Notes under the pieces: generated by a model | Database searches by the model: none | What the model saw: the letters and a program-made list of their open reading frames with translations, nothing else | Told to the model about the DNA's origin: nothing | Shown: positions 1-14,756 of the stretch, one piece after another | How positions within the stretch are numbered: position 1 is the first letter of the stretch | Layout: each line of letters opens with the position of its first letter | Translations under genes and position numbers: made by a program | Origin: Paraspadella gotoi | Taxonomy: Eukaryota; Animalia; Chaetognatha | DNA: 64,000 bases | Direction of reading: 5' to 3' | NCBI GenBank assembly: GCA_051294375.1 | Contig: CM119266.1 | Coordinates: 13,939,614 to 14,003,613, forward strand

Positions 1-504
1 CTGTTTCAGAGGCGGTCATGGAATATAGACAAAAGATCCTCAAGAAAACTGCTGTCTATAAATTATATCTGGTGGGAAAAAACATGTAGACACTAAAAAT
101 TTAACAATGCAGTTGTTAACCCTACTGTTACGATCACGCGTATGAAAACGCTACGTGGGGCTCGGATGCCACGAGTAGAGGCTCCGGGATGCACCACACG
201 TCATTGACTGTCTTCTGCAGAGCTGGCAGGAACGCGATCAAAAAAACGATGTCAGAGCTGGAAAGCGAAGATCAGAGCAGCGCTGAGGGAGCAGGGAAAG
301 GAGTCACGGTCAATTAAGGTAGCGTGGGAAAAGAGAGGCGAGAGAGACGAGAGAAAAGAGAGAGATGGAGAAGAGAGAGATTATGGAGAGAGGAGAGAGA
401 GGAGTAGAGAGAGAGAGGAGGAGATGAGAGGAAGAGAACGAGGGGGAAGAGAGAGGAGACGAGAAACGAGAGACGAGAGAGAGATGAGAGACGAGGAGAG
501 AGAC

Positions 505-592
505 TTATTCTGTTTAAGTTGATACCGCCCGCCAAACTCAGAGGTGAAAATCGCAAATCTTCTCGGACCAAGCAGACTCAAAAAGAAGTAGG

Positions 593-627
<35 letters not shown>

Positions 628-634
628 CGTTCTC

Positions 635-677
<43 letters not shown>

Positions 678-1178
678 GTCTCTCTCTCTCTCTCTCTCTC
701 TTCATCGGGCCGCGTTTACGTATCTGTGACACAAACGCGGTGTTTCGATATGTTCGTCCGACGTGCAATAAACTTGTTCTTCCGACGCGGTTTTTTTCCG
801 CCTACTCTCCGATGAGAGAAAAATCTCAATTCCCCGGTATACGATACCTCAGGCCTATTAGAAAAAAAAAAGAAGAGAAATATGTAGAGAGAGAAGTGTA
901 TGAGGAAAAGGGAAAGAAAGAGCAGAAAGGGAAAACAAAAAAACAAAGGTAAACAAGTTGAAACATTGTTGAGCTGACAAAACAACAAAAGCGTTATTTT
1001 AATTATCCTTGTCATAACTAACGCCCCCCACCCACCAACCATTCGCTAAATTCGTCTTTTGCAACATTCTCAGCTTGTAACGATCTTCCTCGTTCCGACT
1101 CCAACAAAAAAAAAGCCAACTGGGCAACATTTATTGGATTATCGAGATATCGGATCTCTTTATCTTTCGCTCGCTGCA
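505..1178 (-). CDS. Possible exons of an unidentified gene (fragmentary)
   Basis: Unique blocks 1178-1040, 854-720 and 576 to about 505 have AG/GT borders and join in frame (QRAKDKEIRYLDNPINVAQLAFF...EFSEW/PEVSYTGELRFF...VCVTDT/LLGPRRFAIFTSEFGGRYQ). No motif recognised and upstream blocks do not join cleanly. Confidence 0.3.
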
Positions 1179-1235
1179 CTAGGAACCGGGGCGACCGGAG
1201 CGAAACAGGCGCCTGGGCTAATGCCCCGACGAACC

Positions 1236-1266
<31 letters not shown>

Positions 1267-1505
1267 CCAGCCGCGCTCGTCTCTCGCTTTCCTCGCCCAC
1301 ACGCGTTAAAACCGGAAGTTAGCCTCGGTGCGCGAGAAACTCTGTAACTTTTTAGAATCGCCTGGATGATTTTCAAGTGATTAGTTAGTAATTAATAAAA
1401 TTATTTATGTACTTTAGATAAGTCAAGAACACGACAGCATCACCATTATGCCAGCTGCTCTCTCGAATTATGTCTGTCAGTTCCTCTTGGTTGTTTGTCT
1501 CTCAC

Positions 1506-1541
<36 letters not shown>

Positions 1542-2003
1542 TCCATCATGGTCGAGTGGGCGTTGCAAAGCATATTCGGCTCGACGCGCCGAATGACGCC
1601 AATAACCGGAACTTCCCGTTTTGGCTGGACGGTGACGTCACGGTCCCCGGACCCGCGACCGGACAAAAATAGACGCCCGGGAAAAGGTGAGAGAGAAGCT
1701 GGGCGTCTGGCGGTGGCGGCGGAGTCTGCGGCGGGCGGCGGCGGGATGGCCGCTACTGGGACGGGTGAACGAATCCGTGGATAAAATTAGAGTTTCTTGA
1801 GCTACTATGGTCGAGACAGAGTGGCAAAAGGAGGAAGGCAGGGAGGAAGCGGAGGTCGATGAAGGGGAGAAAAGCAATTAGCGATATTTTCGTCGCGCAA
1901 TTTCAAATTCCGGGCGAAAATATCTGAGTTTTTGTCGATGGAGATTTGAGAGGGTGAATGACCGAGAGGAGGCCGAAGAGCTGGGAGGAGGCTGAGGAGG
2001 TGG

Positions 2004-2051
2004 ATGATGATGATGATGATGATGATAATGATAATGATGATGATGATGATG

Positions 2052-2114
<63 letters not shown>

Positions 2115-2165
2115 GTTATTGTTATTGTTATTGTTATTATTATTATTATTATTATGATGATGATG
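2004..2165. repeat. Compound trinucleotide microsatellite (GAT)n-(TAT)n-(TGTTAT)n-(GAT)n
   Basis: Directly visible; source of the poly-I/N/Y/D ORFs. Confidence 0.97.
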
Positions 2166-2688
2166 AAGAAGTTGATAATACAATATAATGCTGCCGGTTG
2201 TGCTGAAAAAGAGCAAATACAAAAAGCGAAAAACAAAATTGCAAGAAAGAGAGAGGGGCGACGGGAAAATTTTGAGAGTCAAAGAGAAAAGATGTCGATA
2301 TTTTTGACATAAACGAAAATACTATACAATATTGTGTCTTTTTTTTGCCTATCAAACTGAACGTGACGTAATTTATATGATTAAAAATTGATTTGCGTGA
2401 AAAGAGCGTTCAATGATCAAGAGAGAGGAGCAATTTAAACCGTATTCATACATAATAATAGAAAACAGATATTGAAAATGCCGTTGCAACGTCGAGAGCA
2501 TTTTCTGAGTAAAAAACGTTTAGTTTATGCTTCAACGAAAAGAGCAATTGAAGTCAGGAACGAGCATATTTGAAAGAGCAAAAAGCGAAAATGAAAATAC
2601 GAATATGAGAGAGAGAGAGAGAAAGGGAGAAACTACTGCCATAAAAGGATGGGCGGGACCAGATAGGAGGATAGAAAAGAAAGAGTAG

Positions 2689-2763
<75 letters not shown>

Positions 2764-4272
2764 AGAGAAAACAGAGAGAGAGAGCGCACAAAGAATCGCA
2801 AATAGTTTCGAGCGGACGAGAAAAAGTCAAATCAAAGAAGAAGAGAAAGAAGTTTTCTTGAATTTTCATCTTCCAAATGACTCCGTGTTTAAGTCAATGA
2901 CGTCGTCGTTGTCATCATCGTCGCCGTCGTCGTCGCCGTCGTCGTCGCCGTCGTCGTCGTCGTCCTTCTCGTTGTTCTATTTCTTTAAGACTTCTTGAGA
3001 TTTTCTCTTGGCAACAAAAGTGGAGACGCTGTCGACGACTAGTTGAGATTTCGTCGATGTCATCATCAGTCATTTTTTCTCTTTTGATAACAGCTTTTAT
3101 ATATATTTATATGCAACTCAAGTTATTATTGTATGATTACTTTCTCAGTTACAACAATTCGAACAGCATCTACCTTATTAGTTAGTTCTACTAATAAAGA
3201 ACGAACAACGCAATGAACAAAAAAAAAAGACTAAATTCGAAACTATTTTTTTCAAAGCCGAAAATTCAATATTAATGAATTTTGGGACTCGGAACTCGCT
3301 ATTGTTTCGCCTTTGTTTAAAGCAAAGAAGATTCAAGGCTACAATCTGTTAAAACTTATCAAATCGAGCAAAGCTAAATTAACAATTATTAAAAATTATA
3401 ATACAAAATTAATAAGCCTACGACCACTGAACTAAGAAAGAAATATATTCCGAGTTAATATCTTTGTTATTCTCCACCTTAAAAAAGTCATAAAATATGA
3501 AAATAAACGATATCGGTGTGGGACCCACTCTCAATCCCCTCCCAATCTCCTCGGGTCCGAAAAAAAACCCTAATCGTCTCATTTGAAAAATTTTATTTCA
3601 TTCGCATCGACAGAGTTGCTCTCTCTTTTTTTTCAAACTCGTCTCGCGATTTAATTGCCGTTCCCATGGCGACGAACGTTTCGCGCGTCCTTCTGCCGTC
3701 CTTCGCCGAATGCGTTCTTGCCGGGCTGAACTTGGAATGATACAAGCCCTCGGGCCCTGTCCGGAATTAACACACCCCAGAATCACGGACCCATTTTCCT
3801 CGTCATCTCACAACCCTCGGTTCTTGTTCTGCTCTCCCGCCCTATTTCTCTTTTCCGTTCCATTTCCCCCTCCCGCCCTGCACTGCACTGCACTGCATCT
3901 CTCTCTGTCTCTCTCTCTCTCTCTCTCCTTCCTCCTTCCTCCTTGCCATTCCTCCTTTCCTATTTCCTTTTTCTCTAGCGATGACCCGCTAAACCTTTGT
4001 CTTTGCCCTCGTCAAGTTCTGGCCTGCCTTCTAAAATCTAAGGACCAATTCCCTATTGGCCCCTCAACTCTTTTAAGTATCAGTTTTGTTCTATGTTCTA
4101 GTAAGTTAAAACAAACTATAAAAAAATTGCGTCACTGGATCATTCGTATTAGAAGTTTTCATAAACGACGCATTTTTGATTAACCATCGCGTTATCTACT
4201 CAATGAGTTTCATATACCTACAACTCGCCATCCTGTTGTTTCACGTCTTTCTCTCTCTCTCTCTCTTCTCTA

Positions 4273-4336
<64 letters not shown>

Positions 4337-5323
4337 GTCTTTCTCTCACTCTCTCTCACTCTCTCTGCTCTGTTCTGTCTCGCTGTCTCTCTCTCTATCT
4401 CTCTCTCTCTGAAACGATCGTAACGGATATTCGGTCCTCTGGTATTAGGAAAATTTCTTTCTTGTCGAAAAAAAGAGAAAAGAACCCGAGGCTTTGAATT
4501 GCAAGGAAAATGGCGAGAGGACGGAATGGAAAAAGAAAAAAAAAGGGAAAAAAAGGAAAAGAAAAAAGGCAAAATGAAAAGGATGAACAACTCGACTCGG
4601 AAAAACGATGACGATGAGGGAAACGACGACGACGACGACGAAAACGACGGTGACAGACGTCATTTTGTTGCATCCGAAATTGGCTCGACCGGGTTTAGGG
4701 GCGACACCCACGGAGTGCCAAACGAATGAGCCATTGTGAGAGTGGCAACTTATAAGGTTGACTGGAAATAAAGGGTGAAAATGGTGTGACAGCTCGCGAT
4801 GAACTCGGGCCGAGAAATGGACGACTTCGGTAAAAGATACTGGGGATACGTGACATGGGGATGACGATGTTTAAGACAGTGACAGATGGCGTTGACGTGA
4901 CGAGTGGTGAATCAGGTTGTTTGACGAAGGAGGAGAAACTCGAAGCCTCACGATTTGATGGGGACTTTTAGAAGGGAAGCAATTTTCGAGTTCATGTCCT
5001 CTGAGTTATGGGGAAAATAAAAAGGATGAAAGTCGCGCATCAACTTTTCAAATTCCAACCGACCGACGAGGCTTCGCCGCGAAAAGGTAGCGAGATTTCC
5101 TTACAAGACTCCTTTACAAGCTTTTAAACGCGCGCCAAGCAGTAAAAGTTTCGCGAGCTTGCCTTCTCGGCTGCCAAGCAACCCGGATTTTGAAAGACGC
5201 CTTTTCGACGCCATTTTGAAGAAAACAAAATTTCGGGAGATGGAAAGACGTTAAATGGTGAAAAGAAGTTGGAAATGGCGATTTTTATCTCGTCCGCCAT
5301 GAAAAGTCCGAAAAGAGGAGTTC

Positions 5324-5377
<54 letters not shown>

Positions 5378-5707
5378 GTCTTTTACAACTTAAACGCCGG
5401 CACTAAAAAAACGGGTATGAAATATTTAGTCAGTCAAAAAAATACTACTAAAATTCGTTCTAGTCTCTTCAAAAAGAAAAGAAATGAAAAGTATTTCCAT
5501 AAAATTTTGAAAAAAACCTTTCGCCTTCATAGAGATCGTCGAAAATCACCGGCCCCTTTTTTCTTTTTCAGGAGTAATGTTGGTTAAAATGTAGGAAAAA
5601 ATCCAAAAGTAATGAATTTTTATGTCTTCTCTCAACGACGTCACCATAAAGACTGGAAACGGAGGACCGATTATTGGAGAGCGAAGGTAAATACGGTGAG
5701 AGAGAGA

Positions 5708-5754
<47 letters not shown>

Positions 5755-6245
5755 GGGGCAACGAGTTGATTGTTTAAGCAATTTATATAATCATTTTCTT
5801 TACCCGTAAAACGTAATAACCTAACGATAACTATTATAATTATATTATCAATTATAATTCTTTTATTCAAAATCAGGAACATTGAACGAGGCTCCTGCCG
5901 TTGTTACTTTAAGTTTAACTAAGCAAAATCTCAAGACAAAAATTTTTATCAAATTTAACTGGTGTTTGACAATTTTTAGGTGCATAATCGTCAGAAAGAA
6001 CGGAAAATACCTTGCAAAAAGAAACGGAACAAAAAGAAATTACGAGAGAAAAAGACAAAAGAAAAGAAAAGAGAAGAAAGAAAAGAAAAAAGGAGAAAAG
6101 AAAGAGAGCAGCCGAAGGAAATGAGGTGATTTACGAGCAGCAAAACACCAAACAACAAATATCTGCCCTCAACCGCGTTTTTCTTCACTGTTGACTGTCA
6201 TGCCACAAAAAGAGTGAGAAGGCTTTTAAATGATGAGGCGGCAAT

Positions 6246-6311
<66 letters not shown>

Positions 6312-8875
6312 TTTCTCGGAAAGAGCATCTGCTAAGAATATAAACTAGACTGCGAACGAGAAAAGTGCTCACAGTGTGAGTCACACGGAAAAGAATATTT
6401 TTTAGAGTAGATGATATATTTCGCTCTTTTCGAAATTATAATGCTTGATGCGTTCTACCTAATTCAATTTTCTAAACATTAACGGTTCCCAATCCTACAA
6501 TAGGAAAAATTCGGGACTTTTGTTTTGAAAATTTCAAAATAATTTGCATATTGCTGTAAGCCTATCACGTATAAATTTTAACAATTTACAAAATTTTTTC
6601 GAAAAATTTTAAATTTAAGAGTGACTTGGTAAAACTATTCTTCGTAGTTTAGTACTAATCAGAGTTAAAGCGCTTTGTATTGAGTCACTACAGTTCAACT
6701 TTGCACAATCAATTTGAAGAGGCGAGACGTACGAAGCCAAACTATAAAGAGATGATTTTAGAGGCGGCTGAAAATGTAGAGTCCCGTTCACTCATACTGT
6801 TTCTGATTTGTCAATACTGTTTTTGGTATGAATAAAAAAAGAGTTCCGTTCATCTTTAAGTTACTCTCGGTCAGTCGGGGTCTAGGGGAATGAGCGAAAA
6901 TTCACCCCCCCCCCTCCACACTGCCTGATTTTTCAAAAAGACCTCCAGGTTAACGCCCTGCTCCTTTTAAATTTTAAATTCTTGAAACGTAGTTAATTTC
7001 TTATATATTTTGCGCGAATGTCTGTGGTTGAATAACTTATTTGAAAAATCAAATTCTCTCTTAATTTTAAAAATCGCAATGAATCGCATCAAACCCAGAC
7101 TAAGTAAACCTTCCTTTATCTAATAAAACCTATAGATATTACCAGCAGTGATAAACCTGGTTAAACGAGGAACATGAAGTAAAAAATATGTTTTTGTAAA
7201 TTTTTTTAATGTAAAATACATGAAGTATGTTAAGAAAAAATTATATTACTTTATACGTATGAAAAAATAACATTTGTCCTTATGCATATATCCAAGGGGA
7301 GACAATCAGCTTTCGAACGCCGTATCATTTTATGCAATTAACCATAGTATAAGAAAATGGCAGTTGGCCAAATAAAAAAATAATTTATTTTAGAGGAGTA
7401 AAAGAAAAGTAAAAAGAAAAGAAAAAAAGGTTACGAGTTTTAGCGATCTTTTCTGGTCAAAAGCCCGCAAGACCATCTACTTATCAGTTAACCTATCAAA
7501 ATCGAAATCGATGACATGACTTTTTTCACTCGATTTTGAAATTTTTTTTTTCCTGGAGGTCTGAGGCACCGTGCCCTCCCCACAGGGCCAAAACATGATA
7601 TCATAATATCAATCCTAAAAACTTTGTAATTTTTATTCTCTGTTAATTAAGTTTTCCTTTAAAAATTTTGTTCACTTTGATCTCGTTAATTCTTGGCCCA
7701 TAACAATAACGAAAATCGCTTTGTAACAGTTTAGTCTCCTCCACTTGGATTAGCTCCACGTCGCGCCAACAATTTTGGTCAAAGTTGAACGGTTGTCTCG
7801 GTGGGAGGTCCGTCCGTCCGGCCTGATGGATGGAGGAGACGGATCGATGGATCGAGGGATCGAGGGATCATCCTTCGGGTGAACGAAAGACGAGTCGAAA
7901 TCCGCGAATCGAGGATCCATTTCTCATTTTCAGTCGACGTAAACAAACGAGGAATTTTGATTGGATCGGATCCACGAGTCGAGTGACTACGGTGACGAGT
8001 TTGACGGATTGAAAAGTTCCACTAGAAAAATCGGGGATTTCTTCTCGTTAATTTGTGCAATTATTCGAAAACGTTTGACCTTTCTAGCTAGACCTTTGAC
8101 CTTTGAACTTTCTAGCTAGAGATTTGCGGTTCAAAGTTTTCAGACCTTTACTAAAGGCTTTAGGCAAAAAAAAAACAAAAAAAAAAAAACAAAAACACAT
8201 AATTATCATCAATGGAGACGCGAAATGGAAAACGTCGGCCAAGAACCGACTTTTATTTTCTATCCCGTCTGAATTGTTGATCCGTTCGCAAACAGGAGCA
8301 AATCCCCTCGGTGACGATTGCCGATGGTCGATGGTCGATTGTCGCGTCAAAAGCGAAGTCAAAACGACGACAGGCGATCCCATTCGCTTCAATTTTTATC
8401 CGTTGAAAACCGACATCCAATCTCGGATATTTTTTTTTTCTCGCCGGGCGTCCAAGCATCGTTTTTAGGTGGAATGGTTGTTTAATTAGTTTAGTTTTTT
8501 TAAAGTTCTGGTTAAACATGATAAAACGAGCTTTTTATTTTGACATTACGTTTTTTCAAACTATTTTTATTACCTAACCCTCAAACGATACTTTTAAAGT
8601 AATTAAAATATTAAACCGACGCATCACGCAGAAACTCTTGCTGTTAAACCGATGATCCCCTTTCGAAGTTTACCGACGTCGCCGCACGACGCTGCCGCTG
8701 CCGCTGCCGCTATCGCTGTCTATGCCGCCGTCGCCGCCTGGTATCACGTGACAAACGGCGAACGTTGACCGGGAACTGAAGAGAGGGTGAAAGAAAGAAA
8801 GAGAGAAAGAGAGAGTGGGGGTGAAGGGAAAGAGGAGGGGTTATGGATGTCCTCTTTCCTGCGTCGACACTGCAG

Positions 8876-8944
<69 letters not shown>

Positions 8945-9142
8945 GAGGGGAGAGAGAGAGAGAGAGAGAGAGAGAGTCACCGGAAACCGCGACGTGGCGA
9001 GTTAATTCGGCAACATGAACTAATGAAAGGAGGATTCACTGAAATAGAATCCGCGGCTCAATCTATTTTCAGCGGCTTTGCGTCATTTCCAATGATTCTT
9101 CATTTCATTACCGGACTGCGAAACGTGACGCTGGACAGAGAG

Positions 9143-9180
<38 letters not shown>

Positions 9181-10416
9181 AGAGAGAGAAGAGAGAGAGA
9201 GAGCAGAAAAAATCTGTCGTTCGCGTCTGCTCCCGATTACAAAATACGAGCCCCCCCCTCCAACATGATGCTAATGAGAATTAAACGAGTGACGCGGTTC
9301 GAAAAATCCCGACCTTTTGTTTGCAGTTTTCCGCTGTTAGTTTGTTTTTTCGCTTTCATTGTTTGTTTTTGTTTTTTTTTTTTATTCCGGTCGTCACGTC
9401 AGCCCGCGTCTAAAGTTTTTTTTTCTTTTTTTCGAGCGTCCAGATGTTTTCTCGTCACACGTGGAGAGAAGGGAGTTCGAATTCAAATCAGGTTTCCATC
9501 GCCGACGCTGAAATATCGATTATTCTCTCTTTCTCCGGTAATTTTAGAATTATATTATTATGAAACTAGCCAGGTGATACAATTTAATTTTATATATCAA
9601 AAATAATCACCGTATTATTTTCATTTACCATTTTTCTTTCTTTTTTCTTTACCGAGTCGCGTCGCTATCATTTTCTTTTTATGTTGTTTTATTTATTAAC
9701 TCGTTTGTTTATTTTTTCTCTTATTTATTGTTTTGCTATCGAGACGAAGTTTATTGGTCGACGTCTCGACTTTATCGTCGTCCGATAAACCATCCATCAA
9801 CGCCCACTGCCTTTTCCTCTCTTCTCTTCTGCGCCCGATTCCTTTTACTTTCATTTCATCCCTTTTTCTCTCTTTTCTTTCCTATTATTTCATTCTCCAT
9901 CATTTTCCTATTTCTTTACTTACCCAAATAACGAAAAAAGAATGACATAATTTTTTTGCCTAATAATCCTTTTACACTTTTTGTTGGATATGTTGTATAT
10001 GGATGAAACACAGGTCGTTCAAAAGACAAGAACTTAAATTATCGTGATGTAATATTTTTTCTTTTTAATTTTTTAATTCATGTAGCGAGAAATGTCATGA
10101 AAGTTACCGCGTCAGTTTTTTTTTCCCTTCACGGTACTTATTAGTTTTCTTTACTTACTTACTTTTTAACATTTAATTCCGGCGAATATAAGTTAATGGA
10201 ATTCAAAATCAGTGACTTCAATTAAGTTTAAATTTTCGGCCTGCGAAGTCTTTTCATTTCATCACTTTCTTTCCCTTTGATTTTTTCCAGACTTTGCAAG
10301 TCTTCGACTTTGTACATCTCTCCCAAACCAACTCGGTTTTCTCTTTTCCGTTCTTTGTGCGATTTTTCTTGCCAACTGAATGTCCTTTTTCGTTCTGAAA
10401 ATGGTTCTCGGTATTT

Positions 10417-10539
<123 letters not shown>

Positions 10540-10687
10540 TTTCATGTGGAAAGGGTTTTCTCCACCTGCGGGGGCTCCGCCGCTCCGCCGCTCCGGACTC
10601 CCTGTTTCGATTCCAGAAGCAAAACTTATCATCTTTAAGTGACAGGAAAACCGTTCATCAAAGGCAGCCAGGTAAAGAGGTAGAATG

Positions 10688-10692
<5 letters not shown>

Positions 10693-10768
<76 letters not shown>

Positions 10769-11130
10769 ATGAAAGAAAGAAATATAGAAAGAAATAAAAA
10801 AGAAAAAAAGAATTAAAAAAGGAAAGAAAGAAAGAAAGAAAGAAAGAAAGAAAAGAAAGAAAGACTTTAAAAAATAAAGAAAGATATAAAGAATTAAAAA
10901 AAAGAAAAGAGGTAAGAAATAAATTAAAAAAGTAAGAAAGAAAGAATAAAAAATTGAAGAAATAAAAAAAGAATTAAAAATAGAAAGAAGAAAGAAAGAA
11001 AGAAAAAAGAAAGAAAGAAAGAAAAGAAAGAAAAAAAGAAAAAAAAGAAAGAAGAAAGAAAGAAGAATAAAAGAAAGAAAGAAAAAGAAAGAAAGAAAGA
11101 AAGAAAATAAAAGAAAAAAAAAAGAAAAAA
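10693..11130. repeat. (GAAA)n tetranucleotide array degenerating into an A-rich purine tract
   Basis: Directly visible. Confidence 0.95.
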
Positions 11131-11293
11131 ATCTCTGAATGAGATCGCATTCATATCTTTTTTTCCTCTTCTACTTACGTCCAAATTAATGTCGATATGA
11201 GATTGGCCAGTGGCCATTGTGCACGCCCCTGGGCTGAGTTCCGGTGGTGGAATGAGATAGATTGAAAAGAGAGAGGATTGAGAGTGAGGGGAG

Positions 11294-11336
<43 letters not shown>

Positions 11337-11759
11337 GAGAGAGATAAAAGCAAAAAGACATTGAAATGAGTGACCGGACGGACAAAGACAGATATTTACC
11401 CTCTCTCGAATAAAACGATGGGAAGAAGAAAAAAATAAAAAATGAAGGAAAAAAAAAAAGAAAAAAAATTCGTCGGCGCTCGGTTTACCTGAACAAGCCT
11501 CGGCGGGGCGTCCCTTTATGCGTTTCCGCTCGGAACGCCAATAAAACGCCGGCGTCGTCGACCGGAAATAGATTCGTGTGGCAAACGTCACGCGCACGTG
11601 GCGGCGTTCACGGCGCACGCTTTGTGCACGCAGCCGCAAATGCGGGGCGTATGCACGAATTTTTTTTGGGGCGGTAATAAATCGTCGGGACAAACTCTCG
11701 CCCGACCGTTGGAGGTCGTCGTGATCGATGAAAAGGACGCAGATGACGACGATGATTAG

Positions 11760-11793
<34 letters not shown>

Positions 11794-12879
11794 ATAACCA
11801 CGACGAGGACCAAGTTTGAAACGGGCGTAAAACAAAAGACCCAATGTAAAATGCAAGAAGCAACAGAGAAAGATATCTTTTTCCTGACATTTCGTACAAA
11901 ACAACCTTTAAACAATCCTCACCCACAGAACTTCCCTATTTTAATGTTTTAAATTAATTTTTGAACTATGCTGAGTGCAAAACTAAAGTCAACGAAAATT
12001 CCAACCTTTTCCCATCGTCTATGATGACGAGACGTCAGATGTCAAAGACGTCCTCTCGAAATCGTTTTCGTCCTTTCGTCCGTGACATTTTCTCGTTTCT
12101 CTCCGCGACGCCATCTCGCGTCGATTCAGCGGTAACTGTCGCGCGATGCGCCATTTGTTTTTCTCCTACCTTTTCTCCTTCCCCCTCAAGCGCCACCTTG
12201 CTCGTGTCGTTTGCGTCACATCCGGTTTTAACGCCATCGTCGTCGCGGTTATCGACGCCATCGACAACGGTAATGGGGTAGGCGTCGCCAGTGGCGTTGT
12301 CGTCGTCGTTGTCGTCGTCGTCGTCGTCATTAAAGCCAAAGGCTACTAGTCAAAAAATATTTTTTTATTTTTTCATGATTATTGACTATTGAGTTTATTG
12401 AGACTTTTGAGTTGTACAAAGAAGCGACTCTATTGACCCGGTTAGCCAAATGTTGATTAGTGCGTAATTAACGATTCTCTCTAAATCAGTGTAACCGTCA
12501 CAATTCTCGCCACCGGCCCCCAACAATCTAGTCTATCCCTGTATTCCTGCCTGAGATAAGGACTCAATTTTCTATGTTTCATTGACAATGACTGTAATAT
12601 TGTAACGTAATACCACCCCACCTCCTCTTTCCTATTATTCCTCCTTTTTCTCGCGATGCTATTTTGTTGATATTTTTTCCGATCGAGTGCGCGAGGGTGC
12701 TCGTCGCTCGCGACACTTTTTTCTTTTCTCAGGCGTCGATCGATGGTGAAACTGAAAAGATGAGAATCTCAACGTCATTAAGACGTCGTCATCGTCGGAG
12801 AAAACGGAGGCGACGTCAACATCTTTGCTCGATAACGATGTACGGACTGGAGAAACGACGACGACGACAACGATGAAGA

Positions 12880-12921
<42 letters not shown>

Positions 12922-13804
12922 AAAGAAAGATAGGGACGTCGATCAAGATCTGACTCCAAATTTGCTGTTGTTCGTTAAAAAAAAAAAATAAATAAAAATA
13001 AAAAAAACAGAAAATAAAACACATCCGCATCTTCTGATCTCTCTCTTCCTCGATCTGTTAATCCTTTCAATTTCGTCTTCAAATTCGGCCGCTCGTCGCG
13101 CCGAATTCACCCCCAGCGGCGTCGTCGCGAAGCTGCCACTGTAAGAAGAAATCAAACAAATGGCATCTCAAGATGCGAAGAGACAAATTCGGACGATGTT
13201 TGGTATTGGGGGGGGGAAGCCTGAAAGTCATCAGACGCCGTAATTTGCTTTACGATTGACATCAATTCGAGCAGGGGAAGAGAGAGAGAGAGAGAGAGAA
13301 GACGAGGAGACAGCAGAGAGGAGAGAGAGAGCAGAGAGAGAGATGAGAGAGAAGGAGAGAGAGAGAGAGAATCGATAGATCTTTGTTTCATTCTTTTCCT
13401 TCTTACGTTCTTTTGTTTCCTTCGTGTTGTTTCCGTTTTCTGCCGGTACGGCTGGCAACGGGTCGCGAGCGTCGGATTTCGTGATGAAAAAATAAAGGGG
13501 GGCGGGGGTTTGTTGTTGTGGCGCCAGGGATTTTATTGAAGACATTATGGAGATGCGGAAGATGAAGAGGAAAACGGGGATGATGAGGAGGAGGAGGAGA
13601 AGGAGGAGGAGAACGAAGATGATGTAGAAAAGAAATTAGAAAAAGTTAAATTGTTAAAAAAAAAAACAGGGAACGCTGAAACGCTCTCCAGTCTCCAGTC
13701 AAGAGCAATCTACCAAAATTTCTTGTTTTTATTGAAAAGCGGATTGGATGGGGAAAAAACAAGTCTGACAATCAGTGACAAAGACACTCACTTACTCGCA
13801 TTCG

Positions 13805-14178
13805 TCCTCTTCTCTCGTCTCTCCATCTCCTCCTCTCATCTCCTCTTTCTCCTCCTCGTCCATTCCTCTCCTCTCATCTCTACAGACCCCGGCGCCGCCA
13901 ACAGCACCGCCCAGCGCCGCCTCGCATATTGGATGTCGGAAAAGAAAAAAGGAAGGCAAAGAGAAAAAAAAATGGGGGGAAGAGGAAAGAGAGATAGCGA
14001 GAAAGAAAAGGGGGAGGGCAAATTATGCGCCGTCCTCGGCGACGCGCCATCTATTATTCATTTCCTCAAAAAACGTTGCTCTCTTTTTTAATGATTCCAA
14101 TCTCTCGCGAGGCAGAGTCGCCGGTCGAGGGGGAGAGAGAGAGGAGAGAGAGAGAAGAGAGGAGAGAGAAGAGAGAAG

Positions 14179-14212
<34 letters not shown>

Positions 14213-14750
14213 TGAGAGAGAGCGGAGATCGTCTTTCAAAGGCAAGCGTCGCCACGTCGCCTAACCTTAGTGACTTTACTGCGGCTGGTCTCATTTTCCG
14301 CCATATACAGAGATGCCGAGGAAATCCAAATTGAAAAGGTGCCAGCAAGTCATATCACGGCCAATGGCGGATCATGACTGTGTTTGAGCATACATATGCA
14401 TTTTCTCCCGCTATGTTTTTTTTTTCTTTTNNNNNNNNNNNNNNNNNNNNNNNNNGGAGTCATAAAAAAGGAGCAACGTTTTTTTGAGGAAATGAATAAT
14501 AGATGGCGCGTCGCAGAGGACGGGCATAATTTGCCCTCCCCCCTTTTCTTTCTCGCTATCTCTCTTTCCTCTTCCCCCCATTTTTTTTTCTCTTTGCCTT
14601 CCTTTTTTTTCTTCCGACATCCAATATGCGAGGCGGCGCTGGGCGGTGCTGTTGGGCGGCGCCGGGGTCTGTAAGATGAGAGAGAGAGAGAAGAGAGGAG
14701 AGAGAGAGAACGAGGATGAGATGAGGAGAGAGAGGCGAGAGAGAGAGAGA
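13805..14750. repeat. Inverted repeat pair (about 13805-14098 and 14456-14750) flanking a 25-N gap
   Basis: ACAGACCCCGGCGCCGCCAACAGCACCGCCCAGCGCCGCCTCGCATATTGGATGTCGG (13882) is reverse-complemented at about 14614-14672. Confidence 0.88.
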
Positions 14751-14756
14751 GATCAG

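Noticed and set aside
3040-3078. Minus-strand CTGATGA...GAAA hammerhead-like match
   Set aside because: No pairing in stems I, II or III.
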